Shown: positions 35,928-49,350, numbered from the stretch's first letter. The stretch: 50,047 nt of DNA from Octopus bimaculoides (GCF_001194135.2 NC_068985.1:113910472-113960518); one strand, 5' to 3'. A program made the numbers and translations. Notes: generated by a model not told the origin, from the letters alone.

Positions 35928-36582
35928 TACATATATACATGCACGTTAATTTATACATCTGCCTGCATTCCCTTTTCTTGAGATCATGCAGCTGTAAATA
36001 AATGCCATTCTCATAAAACCAGTTTCACTCATTTCTGATCTTCAGTGAAAAACATGTCTGGCTATGGCATGGGTAAATAAACCTTGCATAGAAAAAGGTT
36101 GACAATGTGCCTTATATACATATGAAGGCGTATTTTTCAGTGTTCATTTACTAAGTCCAAATGCAAGCCTTTGGTTTATCAGGGGCTACAGGAGCCCCCC
36201 CCCCCCCATATTGTCAAGCATCTTATGACAGCTTCTGAAACCATGCAATTGGGAAGCAATTGTCTTAAACTCATGGTGGTATGCGTTTGTTGTGTGCATA
36301 TATACATATATATATATATANNNNNNNNNNNNNNNNNNNNNNNNNNNNNNNNNNNNNNNNNNNNNNNNNNNNNNNNNNNNNNNNNNNNNNNNNNNNNNNN
36401 NNNNNNNNNNNNNNNNNNNNNNNNNNNNNNNNNNNNNNNNNNNNNNNNNNNNNNNNNNNNNNNNNNNNNNNNNNNNNNNNNNNNNNNNNNNNNNNNNNNN
36501 NNNNNNNNNNNNNNNNNNNNNNNNNNNNNNNNNNNNNNNNNNNNNNNNNNNNNNNNNNNNNNNNNNNNNNNNNNNNNNNNNN

Positions 36583-37152
36583 GGGGGGACAAACACAGAC
36601 ACACGAACACACATACATGTATATATATACGACGGGCTTCTTTCAGTTTCCATCTACCAAATCCACTCACAAGGCTTTGGTCGGCCCGAGGCTATAGTAG
36701 AAGACACTTGCCCAAGGTGCCATGCAGTGGAACTGAACCCAGAACCATGTGGTTGGTAAGCAAGCTACTTACCACACAACCACTCCTATATCTTCTATAT
36801 TTTACTTGGTCCAGTGATTAGACGATTGCCAAACTGGAGCATGGCCTTGGACAATATTTCTAGTTTAATGAATCAGCTCCATTCCTTTTGTTGTTTTGTT
36901 AAGCCTGATACTTATTCTCTCAATCTCTTTTGCCGAACCTCTAAGTTATGGGAAGATAAACACACCAACACCACCTGTCATGCAGTGGTGGGTGACAAAC
37001 AAATACACAAACACACACACACACACAAACATATACACAAACAAACATATACAATGGGCTTCTTTTGTGCAACGCTATAGTAGAAGACAGTGGGACTGAA
37101 CCTGAAACCATGTGGTTGGGAAGGAATCTGCTTACCACACAGCCATGCCTGC
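36583..37152 (-). mobile_element. Two adjacent SINE family A copies (36583-36787 and about 36800-37152)
   Basis: Two head sequences ending near 36787 and 37150. Confidence 0.85.
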
Positions 37153-37353
37153 CTGCATATNNNNNNNNNNNNNNNNNNNNNNNNNNNNNNNNNNNNNNNN
37201 NNNNNNNNNNNNNNNNNNNNNNNNNNNNNNNNNNNNNNNNNNNNNNNNNNNNNNNNNNNNNNNNNNNNNNNNNNNNNNNNNNNNNNNNNNNNNNNNNNNN
37301 NNNNNNNNNNNNNNNNNNNNNNNNNNNNNNNNNNNNNNNNNNNNNNNNNNNNN

Positions 37354-37385
<32 letters not shown>

Positions 37386-37507
37386 TACACACTACACAAA
37401 CATGCATATTCATCTACATATGAATTTGCATATATCTATAGAACGATACCATATACACAAATATGCATATATATACACAAACATACATATACACACACAC
37501 ACATACC

Positions 37508-37551
<44 letters not shown>

Positions 37552-38249
37552 CACACACACATATATACATGCACACACACATATATATATATACATACAC
37601 ACAGACATACATATTCATACACACACATGCATACATGTAGGCATTCACAAGTGGGAGCAAATGTTGATAACGTGAAAAGAAAAAAGAAAAGAAAAATAAA
37701 ATGAGAAATCACACACATGAAAATAATTGTGAGTATTAAAGTACAGATTTTGGCTTGCCCCAGCCTCGTAGACACCGCGCAAAACCCAGCAGTTATCACC
37801 ACCACCACTACCACCAACAACAACCAACAACAACAGCACCACCGTTGCCACTTCACATGTCTCTGCCTTCAGCTCATGTGCAGACTTAGCGGAAGCACAT
37901 GAATGGTGTAGTGGTGAGCATTTTGATTATAACAGAGCATGTGAAGGGTAAGTTGTGGGGGGTAGAAGCTCAATGGCAACATGCAGGAGCAATCATTAGG
38001 TGAAGTCAAAAGAAAAAAAAAAAATATATATATATATATGTATCTAGGTATGTATGCTAGGGGTATGTATGTATATTTATGTGTATGCGTCTGTATGTAC
38101 ATCAATATGTATAGTCACAACATACAATCATCTATATGTATCTATATCTATATAATTATATACAATTATATAATATAGATAAAATTACATATCATTATAA
38201 AATATATATCTATATACAGACACACAACCCCATGATTAGCTGTGTGTGC

Positions 38250-38302
<53 letters not shown>

Positions 38303-38341
38303 NNNNNNNNNNCTATGTGCATTTGTATGTATGTGTGTATG

Positions 38342-38374
<33 letters not shown>

Positions 38375-39180
38375 GTATATATAAATATGCATACACACAC
38401 AATTATCTATGTATCTAGTTAACTACACACACACACAAATCTATATTTCATTCTTTGGCATATAAGTGTACATATCAACACTAAAGTGCATATATATACA
38501 TATATATATATGTATGCACTAGGTTAGATATATACTATATAATATCCATTTTACAACACCCGATTGTATTGATTATTCTTCATAACTATACACAATTTCA
38601 CAGACCCGCATATATATACATGCACACATTTACTTATACGCACACACTAAACTCTAAAAGATATGTACATGTGTATGTCTCCAGAGATATATATATATAC
38701 TTACACATACACACAGTTTCTGTAAATGCATGTATATATGTGTACATATTTGCAAANNNNNNNNNNGTATAATTTCAAACAGTCGTACAAGCACACTCCA
38801 CAACATGCATACATATAAACACACACACACACGTGCATGCAAACACATATTCTTAAAGATTTTTTTAGTATATATATTTGCATATATGGGCCTCCACCCA
38901 CCAATAAGCTCATAAAAACACACGAAGGTGTGTGTGTGTGTATGTATGTGTGTGTATATATATATACACACACACACGGGTGATTTATGGATACTGTGTT
39001 TTTTGAGCATGTATGTATATAATATACATAATATACACACACACATACACACACACACACACATACATACATAGACACACAAACATGAGCACATACATAC
39101 ATGCACACACTCGTGCTCTGTCTGTTTGTCTGTCTCTCTATTACACCATACACACACACACACACTTATACATGATATAT
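37354..39180. repeat. Degenerate (TA/CA/TG)n low-complexity field
   Basis: Read directly from the sequence. Confidence 0.85.
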
Positions 39181-39531
39181 AGATAGATGAAAAGTCTTCA
39201 AAAAGTGCCAATACATTCGCGACGATTATATTTAAGCATGCCTCAACTATGTATCTTAATTGAAAATCAAAATGTGCCAACTTATATGCCTCAGAGTTTG
39301 CAGTGAATGGAAAGAGAGAAAGAGAGAAAGAGAGAAAGAGAGAAAGAAAGACAGAAAGAGAAAGAAAGAGAGAGATTGAGGGAGAAAGAGTGAGAAGAAA
39401 AACAATATATACAAGGAGAGAGAGAGAGATAGAGAGAAAGAGAGAGAGGTGGGTTTGGTAGCAGGATGTGCATATTTCTGTTTCATCTTCATCTTTTTAA
39501 GTTGTTGTGGTTGCTGCTGCTATCATCATCG

Positions 39532-39563
<32 letters not shown>

Positions 39564-39841
39564 GTTATTATTATTATTATTATTGTTATTATTATTATCA
39601 TTATCATTATTATTCGTTTTTTCTGACATTTATCTATTAATCTGTTTAGTTTCAATATTTTCATTCTCGCTCCTTTCCTCCCCCCCTCCCCCCGCCACCC
39701 CATTGCTCTAACCTCCTCTGATGCCTTCACTACACCCCCCAGCCACCCATTTANNNNNNNNNNNNNNNNNNNNNNNNNNNNNNNNNNNNNNNNNNNNNNN
39801 NNNNNNNNNNNNNNNNNNNNNNNNNNNNNNNNNNNNNNNNN

Positions 39842-40950
39842 AACTATAGTATAGTAGCAACAACAGAAAGCATCACAGCAGTAGTAGTAGTAGTAGTAGT
39901 AGTAACAACTGTAGCAGCAGTAGTAGTAGTAGTAGTAGTAGTAGAAGCCGTAGCAGGAGTAGGAGTAGTAGTAGAAGCTGTAGCAGCAGCAGTAGTAGTT
40001 GTAGTAGTAGCAGTAGTTGTAATAGTAGTTGTAGCCATAGCAATAGCAACAGAAGCCACAGTAGTAGTAGTAGTAGTAGTAGAAGAAGATGTACTAGTAG
40101 TAGTAGTAGTAGAAGAAGAAGATGTAGTAGAAGTAGTAGAAGAAGATGTAGTAGTAGAAGTAGTAGAAGATGTAGTAGTAGTAGTAGTAGTAGAAGAAGA
40201 TGTAGTAGTAGTTGTAGTAGTAGTAGTAGTAGTAGAAGAAGAAGATGTGGTAGTAGTTGTAGTAGTAGTAGTAGTAGAAGAAGAAGATGTAGTAGTAGTA
40301 GTTGTAGTAGTAGCAGTAGTTGTAATAGTAGTTGTAGCCGTAGCAATAGCAACAGAAGCCACAGTAGTAGTAGTAGTAGTACCATTATTTTCATGGGCAG
40401 CAGTACCAATGCCACTATCAGCCACTCTCAGTAGAGTGGTAGCAGCTACTACAACAAGAGCTGCAACACCACACCACACCACAACGCTGCTACAATAACA
40501 ATATAAGAAACTGTGTTCCTGCTAACACCACCACCACCACTACTACTACTACCACTACCATCACAATCGCTACTACTACTATTGCCACTACTACTACTAT
40601 TACTATTACAGTCACCATCACTACCATCTGCATTACTACAAGGTACAACTACAACACAAACAGCAACCATTACCACCCTCAACTGTAGCAACAGCACCAT
40701 CAGCTCATCCACAGCTACTACTACTACTACTAGTACTGCTGCTGCTACCGCCGCAACCACCACCACCACTACCACTATTACCACCACCACTACTACTACT
40801 ACCACTATTACCACCACCACAACTACTACTACCACTATCACCACCACCACTACTACTATCACCACCACCACCACCACTACTACTACTACTGCAGCTGCTG
40901 CTGCTGCTACTACTACTACCTCTACTACTACTATTACTACTACTCAACCA
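39842..40950. repeat. Long (TAG)n field switching to (CTA/CAC)n at about 40450-40520
   Basis: Read directly; includes an ~85-bp duplicated block at about 39995 and 40297. Confidence 0.95.
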
Positions 40951-42203
40951 CCTTATAAAGAAAGAGTAGAGAGCCAAAAGATGAATAAACAAACAGAAGC
41001 TGTTTGAGAGAGAGAGAGAGAGGGGGAGAGGTAAGGAAGGGAGCGAGAAGGAGGAGACTGTTGCATGTGCAGTGGGGTGGAGCAAGGCAGAGGGTGGGGA
41101 GACAGGTGTAATGTCAGTGCTTGGTGGTGATGATGATGGCAGTGGTGATGGTGATGATGATGATGGTGATGGTGGTGGTGATGATGATGATGGTGGTATG
41201 ATGGTGGTGGTGGAGGTNNNNNNNNNNNNNNNNNNNNNNNNNNNNNNNNNNNNNNNNNNNNNNNNNNNNNNNNNNNNNNNNNNNNNNNNNNNNNNNNNNN
41301 NNNNNNNNNNNNNNNNNNNNNNNNNNNNNNNNNNNNNNNNNNNNNNNNNNNNNNNNNNNNNNNNNNNNNNNNNNNNNNNNNNNNNNNNNNNNNNNNNNNN
41401 NNNNNNNNNNNNNNNNNNNNNNNNNNNNNNNNNNNNNNNNNNNNNNNNNNNNNNNNNNNNNNNNNNNNNNNNNNNNNNNNNNNNNNNNNNNNNNNNNNNN
41501 NNNNNNNNNNNNNNNNNNNNNNNNNNNNNNNNNNNNNNNNNNNNNNNNNNNNNNNNNNNNNNNNNNNNNNNNNNNNNNNNNNNNNNNNNNNNNNNNNNNN
41601 NNNNNNNNNNNNNNNNNNNNNNNNNNNNNNNNNNNNNNNNNNNNNNNNNNNNNNNNNNNNNNNNNNNNNNNNNNNNNNNNNNNNNNNNNNNNNNNNNNNN
41701 NNNNNNNNNNNNNNNNNNNNNNNNNNNNNNNNNNNNNNNNNNNNNNNNNNNNNNNNNNNNNNNNNNNNNNNNNNNNNNNNNNNNNNNNNNNNNNNNNNNN
41801 NNNNNNNNNNNNNNNNNNNNNNNNNNNNNNNNNNNNNNNNNNNNNNNNNNNNNNNNNNNNNNNNNNGGGGGTGGAAGGAGTTCAGATAGAAAATTATGAG
41901 AGGAGGGGAGGAGGGGGGGGTGTCGGGTTCTAAAGATGTGGCGGGGAGGAGCAGGGTGAGGAACACAAGATATACATGAACATTAAAATGTGTGTCAGAG
42001 ATGGGGTGGGGTGGCAAAGTGGGGGGTTGAGCGAGAGTAATTAAAGTCAATAATATGCAAGGGAACAAACGGGTGAGGGGGAGGGAGGCATTGAGGGTGC
42101 ATACATGTGCAGACATACACACACATAACCACATGAACAATATACACATGCATACACGCACACATGTATACATACATATATATATATATATATAAATGCA
42201 TGT

Positions 42204-42248
<45 letters not shown>

Positions 42249-42406
42249 CATGTGTATGTGTATGTATACACATGCATACACACACATATGTATACATATG
42301 CAGGGAGAGAGAGAGTGAGAGTTTGTAATGCAGACAATTGAACATCACACACACACACATGCATACATAATATGTAAAGATAAGTGTATATACTCAGAAA
42401 TATATG

Positions 42407-42447
<41 letters not shown>

Positions 42448-42673
42448 AAACTGAGTACGATGAACTGGGTTTCTGTAAGAAGCCTTTGAAACTAAGTCGT
42501 ATGGGGCTCAAATCAAACTGTTTTAAATGATAATATATGTAACTCCTACTGAATGGGTTGAGTTTCTCTTTCTTCCATTTGCACACTCACCCATGTACAT
42601 TATACATGCACAGGCACACACACATCAAGGTACATATATTTGCATATTGTTTATATATATATATATATATATA

Positions 42674-42825
42674 CATCATCATCATCATCATCATCATCAT
42701 CGTTTAACGTCCGCTTTCCATGCTAGCATGGGTTGGACGATTTGACTGAGGACTGGTGAAACCAGATGGCTACACCAGGCTCCAATCTGATTTGGCAGAG
42801 TTTCTACAGCTGGATGCCCTTCCTA

Positions 42826-42828
<3 letters not shown>
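42674..42828 (-). mobile_element. Young SINE family C, 5'-truncated
   Basis: Near identical to 13008-13155. Confidence 0.9.
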
Positions 42829-42866
<38 letters not shown>

Positions 42867-43909
42867 TCATCATCATTTAAAGTCCCTTTTTCTATACAGG
42901 CATGGATTGTATGGCTTGACAGGATCCACCAACCCAGAGGACTGATTTGATGAAGTTTGTTGGTGATGGTTGTGGCTGGTGTTGGCTGTGGTGCCAGTGG
43001 TCATTGTGATGCTGGTGATGGTGATGGTCGTAGTCGTGGTACTGGTGGCAGTGGTTGTAGTGGTGCTGGCTATGGAAGGTGGTACTCACAATGATGGCCA
43101 CATAACAGTAATTAGTGCATTCAGCATGAAAGTACAAGATTAATAAGTTTTAAGGATTACAAATGTCCTGTTTCACCCCAACCAAAAGAAAAACAAAAAA
43201 AGAACCCCAATAAAAATAAGGATTTACAATATTTGAGAATAAGCTGATGATTTCACGTACATTACCACCATTTATTGTTTAATCTAACCTTTTGTGTATG
43301 TCTGTATAAATAAAGAATTTTAGTCCGTGGATGCAAAGAAAGGGTGGTCTTTTCCTATTAAAGCACTATTATACTATTATATTCTTTAAATCTTTCAGCA
43401 AGTCGGACTAATTGATGTTGACATTGGTCGTAGTTGTTGTTATTGTTGTTGCTGCTGCAGCTGTTGTCGTTGTTGCATTGCTCGTTAGCTGTATGTAACA
43501 ACGTATTAACTTACGCTAGAACTCTGGCTATTACCTTGGGATTACATAGTGCCTCGTGTGAAGGGAGAACTTCAAGAGTAAACTCTGTTTACATAGGCAG
43601 TTTGCCCAGATTTTCTTCTGCTTCCTCTGTTTGTTCATTGACTTTTCTCTCATCGACCTCCCTGACATCTGCTTTGTTTCATTGCCATAAATTATTGTTA
43701 TTAGGACATTGGTGATAGCACAGCTAATAAGTAATTAAATTCACAATAGCTGCTCCCTCCCCCTACTCTGCCATCACTGCCTATACACAATCAATTACCA
43801 TCGTTTAACAAGTACATAATAATGATTATTTTTCAACATAAGCACCGGGCCACACCTATTGCAAAGATGAAGCAGATCAATGAAATGATCTCAATACCAA
43901 TATTATTAT

Positions 43910-44235
43910 TAAGGCGGTGAACTGGCAGAATTGTTAGCATGCCGGACAAAATGCTCAGTGGTGTTTCATCCGGCATTATGTTCTGAGCTCAAAGTACCAG
44001 TTGAGCACTGGGGTCGATTTAATTGACTTATTAATGACTTGTAGGCATGCGGTATTTCATTATGCAACCATAATATACTATAAAGTACATTAAATGCTTT
44101 TATAAGTCAATACCATGTTCTACTGTGTTAGCAGTGCTCTTCACATCCCTTGTTAAGATTACCTCTACAGATAATTTTTGTAGAGATAACCTTAATTGAC
44201 TTAGACCGTCCCCTGAAATTGCTGGCCTTGTGCTA
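43910..44235 (+). mobile_element. SINE family B split by a 161-bp insertion with a 12-bp direct repeat
   Basis: TTAATTGACTTA at 44019-44030 and 44192-44203; the family B tail resumes after the second copy. Confidence 0.75.
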
Positions 44236-44239
44236 AAAC

Positions 44240-45126
44240 ATAAACTCAGGACGTTTAAGTCAGAAGAAATACTGCTAAGTACTTTTCTGGTGCTGAAACA
44301 ATTCTGCGGGCTTGCCGCCTTAATTTTGGCACAAGGCCAGCAAGTTTAGGGGAGGGGTGAGTCAATTACATTGATCCCCACTGCTCAACTGGTACTTATT
44401 TCATCAACCCCGAAAGGATGAAAGACAAAGTCGACTTTGGCGGAATTTGAACTCAGAACACGAACAAGGATGAAATACCGCTAAGCATATTTTTCCAGTG
44501 CTTTAACAATTCCGCCAGCTTGCCACATTTTAATAATAATAATAATAATAATTCTTTCTACTATAGGCACAAGGCCTGAAATTTCGCAGGAGGGGAGATT
44601 AGTTGATTAATTTATCAACCCCGAAAGAATGAAAGGTAAAGTTGACCTCAGCAGAATTTGAACTCTGAGTGAAAAGTTGGAAGAAATACCATTAAGCGTC
44701 TTTTTCCAGTGCTGTAACGATTCTGCCAGCTGTCTATCTTCACAAATAATAACACCAATATTAATAATAATAATAATAATAATAATATTTATAATAATGG
44801 TAATAATAATAATCTTTTCTACTGTAGGTACATGGCCTGAAATTTTGGAGGAAAGGATTAGGTACTTCATTGTTTTGACCCCAAAGGCATAAGGCAAACA
44901 GTTTTGAACTAGACAGGATTAGATGATTATGTTAACTACAGTATTTTATCAACTCTGAAAGGGTGAGACGGAAATTGGCCTCAGCAGAATTTAAGCTCAG
45001 ACATAAAGAACTGAAAGATATGGTGCTAAGCATTTTGTCCAACACGTTAATGATTCTGCCAACTTTTCACTTCAGAGACAATAATAATTCTTTCTAATTT
45101 GGGCACAAGACCAGCAAGTTTGATGC

Positions 45127-45190
<64 letters not shown>

Positions 45191-45945
45191 CCATTCTACT
45201 AAAGGCACAAAGTCTGAAATTTTGAGGGAGGGAGCTAGTTGATTACATTGACCGCAGTGTTCCACTGGTACTTAATTTATTAACCCCCAAGGAACAAAAG
45301 GCAAAGTTCACCTCGGTGGAATTTGAACCCAGAATGTCAGCTTGTCATCTTCATAATAACAATAATAATAATAATTTCAAATTTTTGCCACAAGGGTAGC
45401 TTGTGGGTGGTGGAGATGAGTCAATTACATATTCCCCAGGGTTCAACTAGTACTTATTTTATCGACCCTGAAAGGATGAAAGGCAAAGTCGAGTTCGGCA
45501 GAATTTGAACTCAGAATATAGTGATGTGTGAAATACCGCTAAGCATTTCAGCCAGCGTGCTAACAATTTTGCCAGCTTGCTACCTTAATAATAATAATAA
45601 TGATAATAATAATAATAATAATAATAATAATTAATTCTGTTTTATTGGCCACAAAGGCTAATATAAATCAAAAACATGTAAGAATAATAATAATGATGAT
45701 AATAATAACAACAACAACAACAACAATGGTTGGTGACTTAGATACACAGCCAAAGATTTTGAAGGGTGGAGTTTAGTTTATACAATCTGCTCAGTATTTG
45801 ACTAGTACTTTACTTTATCATCTCCAAAAGAATAAGAGGCAAAATTGACCTTGGCAAGGTTTTGAACTCAGAAAATAACATGTAAGAATGAATACAGCAT
45901 AGCATTTCTCCCCCAATGCTCTAACAAGTCTGTCAGTTTGCCACT
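44240..45945 (-). mobile_element. Cluster of about 7 co-oriented SINE family B copies or fragments separated by (AAT)n
   Basis: Repeated GAAAGGATGAAAGGCAAAGTCGAC...GAATTTGAACTCAG cores, all on the minus strand. Confidence 0.9.
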
Positions 45946-47024
45946 CTAAAAATGGTTTCTAATAATAACCTTGTTTGTAGTAAGCATCAAAGTTGAAATC
46001 TTCCAGTGATACAAAATGCGCAATCTGGACTTGATTTTCCCAATTTAAGTCAATTTGCTTTACTTAACTGCTAACACACTCACAGTAGCCTACCCACACT
46101 TTCTTATGATAGATCTGTAAACCTTGTGATAAAATTAGGAGAAAAACTACTATTACTGTAGCGCTTCACTCGTACACCCAACCACCCAACTACCCACCCA
46201 CCCACCTAACAAAACCCGCTGATTTCTCTCATCTACTCAAACACCCCTTTCAACAATATAAAAATTACTATAAAACTTTGTATTATATAGACTAATAATA
46301 AACTAATCACATGCTTCAGTTTGAAGCAGAAACAAACTTAACTACCACTTAAAAATAACAAGTATATCATCATCACCATTATTATTATTATTATTATTAT
46401 TAGTTGTAGTAGTAGTAGTGATATTTTTAGATTAAAGACTGGCTCATGAGATTTTCTTGCTTGAACTAGATTCCTAGCAATAACATATGTTCGTTTTTGT
46501 GTCTTTTTTTTCTTCTTTTACTGTATTTTTTTTTCCTCATTTTCTTTTCCAGTACCATAACATGAGGAAGTGCAGACTGGGTGTCAACCAGCTGTCTCAA
46601 CTTACTATATATATAAAACAAGCATTAAAGGTTATTTCTTTGACAAGAGTACACCTGTCTAAAATATTGATTTTCTAATACAGGTAAAACACCGATTTTT
46701 TCCAGACATTTATTGTCTGAAACCTCTTATAATCTGCACTAATTTACAAGTAGGAATTTTAAATTCCTGCAGCCAACATGACTAGTTTACTGGACACCTA
46801 TGTTTCACACTGCAATATCAATAAACTTGTATCATTCATATTAAAGTACATGTACCTGTTTTTCATTTAATATTTGTTTAATTCAAAGATGACCACCTCT
46901 GGTTTGGGAAAAAGACAAAAAAAAAATCATTAATCTGGAAGAGAGTTAGAACAAAAGAATCAGAGAAATTGATTTTTCACTTGTATAAGCAAAAATAAGG
47001 CAGTGAGCTGGCAGCAGAATTGCT

Positions 47025-47360
47025 TTTACCTTGTTTCAGTCATTAAACAGCGGCCATGCTGGGGCACTGCCTCTACGAGTATTTAGTCAAATGAATTCAC
47101 CTCGGTACATTTTTAAAGCCTGGAACTTATTCCATTGGTCTCTTTTGCCAAACTACTAAGTTACAGGGATATAAACAAACCAACACCGGTTGTCAAACAG
47201 TGACAGGGAACAAACACACACATATAATGGGCTTTTTCAGTTTCTGTCTATCAAATCTATTTACAAGACTTTGTTAGAAGACACTCGCCCAAGGTGCCAC
47301 ATAATGGGACTGAACCATGAACCTTGTGAATGAGATGCTTCTTCCCACATAGCCATGCCT
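47025..47360 (-). mobile_element. SINE family A, diverged
   Basis: Tail to head recognisable. Confidence 0.8.
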
Positions 47361-47724
47361 AGAAGTCAAGAATTAATGTTGTATGGTATTTAACATACAT
47401 GTATATGTCCATATTTTTCAAAGACATGCCACTGGCTACTGAATTATATCTCTCAGGTAATTGGCATAATTCAAACAAAAATGAGCTGAACTATAAATCT
47501 TTCCTGCTCCTTTTTTATTATATCTAAATTAAAGCCTACTTGAGATAAGGTTAGGAATTGTTGTGCTGATGACAGCTATTAAGGCAGAAACCTGTCCACA
47601 CTGTCATCTTATCTTCAGACAATACTTCTATTTTGCTTTTTTACTTAATGGTATGTCACTTTCGGAGAATTCCGTATTCTCGAAATTATCTCCCCTTATG
47701 AAATTGAGTTGGTCTTGATTGATT

Positions 47725-47935
47725 TCAAATTTTGGCACAAGGCCAGCAATTCAAGGGAAGGGGGCAAGTTGATTACTTAGACCCCTGTGCTCAACAGGTA
47801 CTTATTTTATTGACTCCAAAAAGATAAAAAGGAAAGTCAACATCATTGAAATTTGAACTGAGAATGTAAAATGGATGAAATGCAGCCAAGCATTTTGCTG
47901 GTGTGCTAATGATTCTGTCAGTTCAATACCTTAAG
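47725..47935 (-). mobile_element. SINE family B
   Basis: TTTTGGCACAAGGCCAGC...GAAATTTGAACTGAG. Confidence 0.85.
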
Positions 47936-48126
47936 TGGTCTTAATTGTTATTTAGTAATTATTATATATCATCTAGAGGTGAAGATGATCTTAAACAAAC
48001 CAAGAATTTATGTTGTATGGTATTTTAATGTATAGGAGGAACCCTCCTGTATACGGAAGCCCCTAATTTTGGGGGGCTTCAAATTTTGAAAAAAGGTTTT
48101 GCAAGGGATTATAAAACTATGCATAC

Positions 48127-48340
48127 TCTTTTACTCCTTTACTTGTTTCAGTCATTTTACTGTGGCCATGCTGGAGCACCGCCTTTAGTCGAGCAAATCG
48201 ACCCCAAGACTTATTCTTTGTAAGCCTAGTACTTATTCTATCGGTCTCTTATGCCGAACCACTAAGTTACGGGGACGTAAACACACCAGCATCGGTTGTC
48301 AAGCAATGCAGGTTGGGGGGGGGGTACAAACACACACAAT

Positions 48341-48386
<46 letters not shown>

Positions 48387-48545
48387 ACGGGCTTCTTCCA
48401 GTTTCCGTCTACCAAATCCACTCACAAGGCTTTGGTCGGCCCGAGGCTATAGTAGAAGACACTTGCCCAAGGTGCCACTCAGTGGGACTGAACCCGGAAC
48501 CATGTGGTTGGTAAGCAAGCTACTTACCACACAGCCACTCATGCA
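48127..48545 (-). mobile_element. SINE family A, young full length
   Basis: Complete head to tail. Confidence 0.92.
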
Positions 48546-48684
48546 TGTATAAGAAACTCCCATATTTTAAAATCAAATTTTTAACAAAAAAGGGTTCCTT
48601 TTACATGTTAAAATATGGTATACAACTAAGTGGATGGACACATTTGATGGATAGCAGTACACATGAACAGATGGATACAGGAGA

Positions 48685-49350
48685 AAGTTAGATAAATGCA
48701 ATGACAAATTGAAGTAAGGAAGGAAGAAAGTAAGGAAGGAAGAAAGAAAGAAAGGAAGGAAGAAAGGAAGGAAGGAAGAAAGAAAGTAAGGAAGGTCATA
48801 ACAACAGATAAAGCATTTGGAACGTAAAACAAAATAAATGAGAAAAACCAGTTGATGTGAGCTAAAGTTGTTAGAAAACGGAGAGATAAAACGGATTGAA
48901 ATATTTAAGAAAATATTATTTAAAAAAATATATAATGGATGAGAAAGTAAGAATAAGGAATAGAATCAAAGCACATGGAGGACTTGTATTTAGAATTATG
49001 TATAGAATTAATAGAATTCCAGAGAATGAAAGAGAGAGAGGATAGAAGAGAGAGGGGAGGGGAAGGGGCAGTAAGGAGAGGGCAGTGGAGGGGGGAAGGA
49101 GAAAGAGTGGGCAGAGAAGAGGCGAGAAAGAGAAATGGAGAGAGAAGAAGAGGGAGGAAGGTGGAGAAGGGGGGTGAGGGAGAGAGAGAGAGAGAAACAA
49201 AAAGAGAGGAAGCAGAGGGGAAGAAAGGGAGGGGGAAGGAGAGAAAGAGAAGGCAACTTTAATAATTGGCTTCTAAGTAAATCCCTATTAGAAGAAGAAA
49301 GAAAGAAAGAAAGGAGGGGGGAGGAGGAGGAGGAGAAGGAAGGGAGAGGA
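48685..49350. repeat. (AAGG/AAAG/GA)n purine-rich low-complexity tracts
   Basis: Read directly from the sequence. Confidence 0.85.

Noticed and set aside
4464-42287. Long ORFs spanning N runs (for example 6998-8071, 28457-29512, 40953-42287)
   Set aside because: Artefacts of assembly gaps, which contain no stop codons.
3548-42586. Dozens of ORFs rich in YI/CV/HT/LS/ER/II/TT repeats, including the mucin-like poly-Thr/Ser ORFs at 39844-41007
   Set aside because: They are translations of di- and trinucleotide microsatellites, open on several frames and both strands, with no splice or domain support.
43578-43592. Inverted GTAAAC-TCT-GTTTAC Forkhead-like palindrome
   Set aside because: A short motif expected by chance, and unsupported without conservation data.
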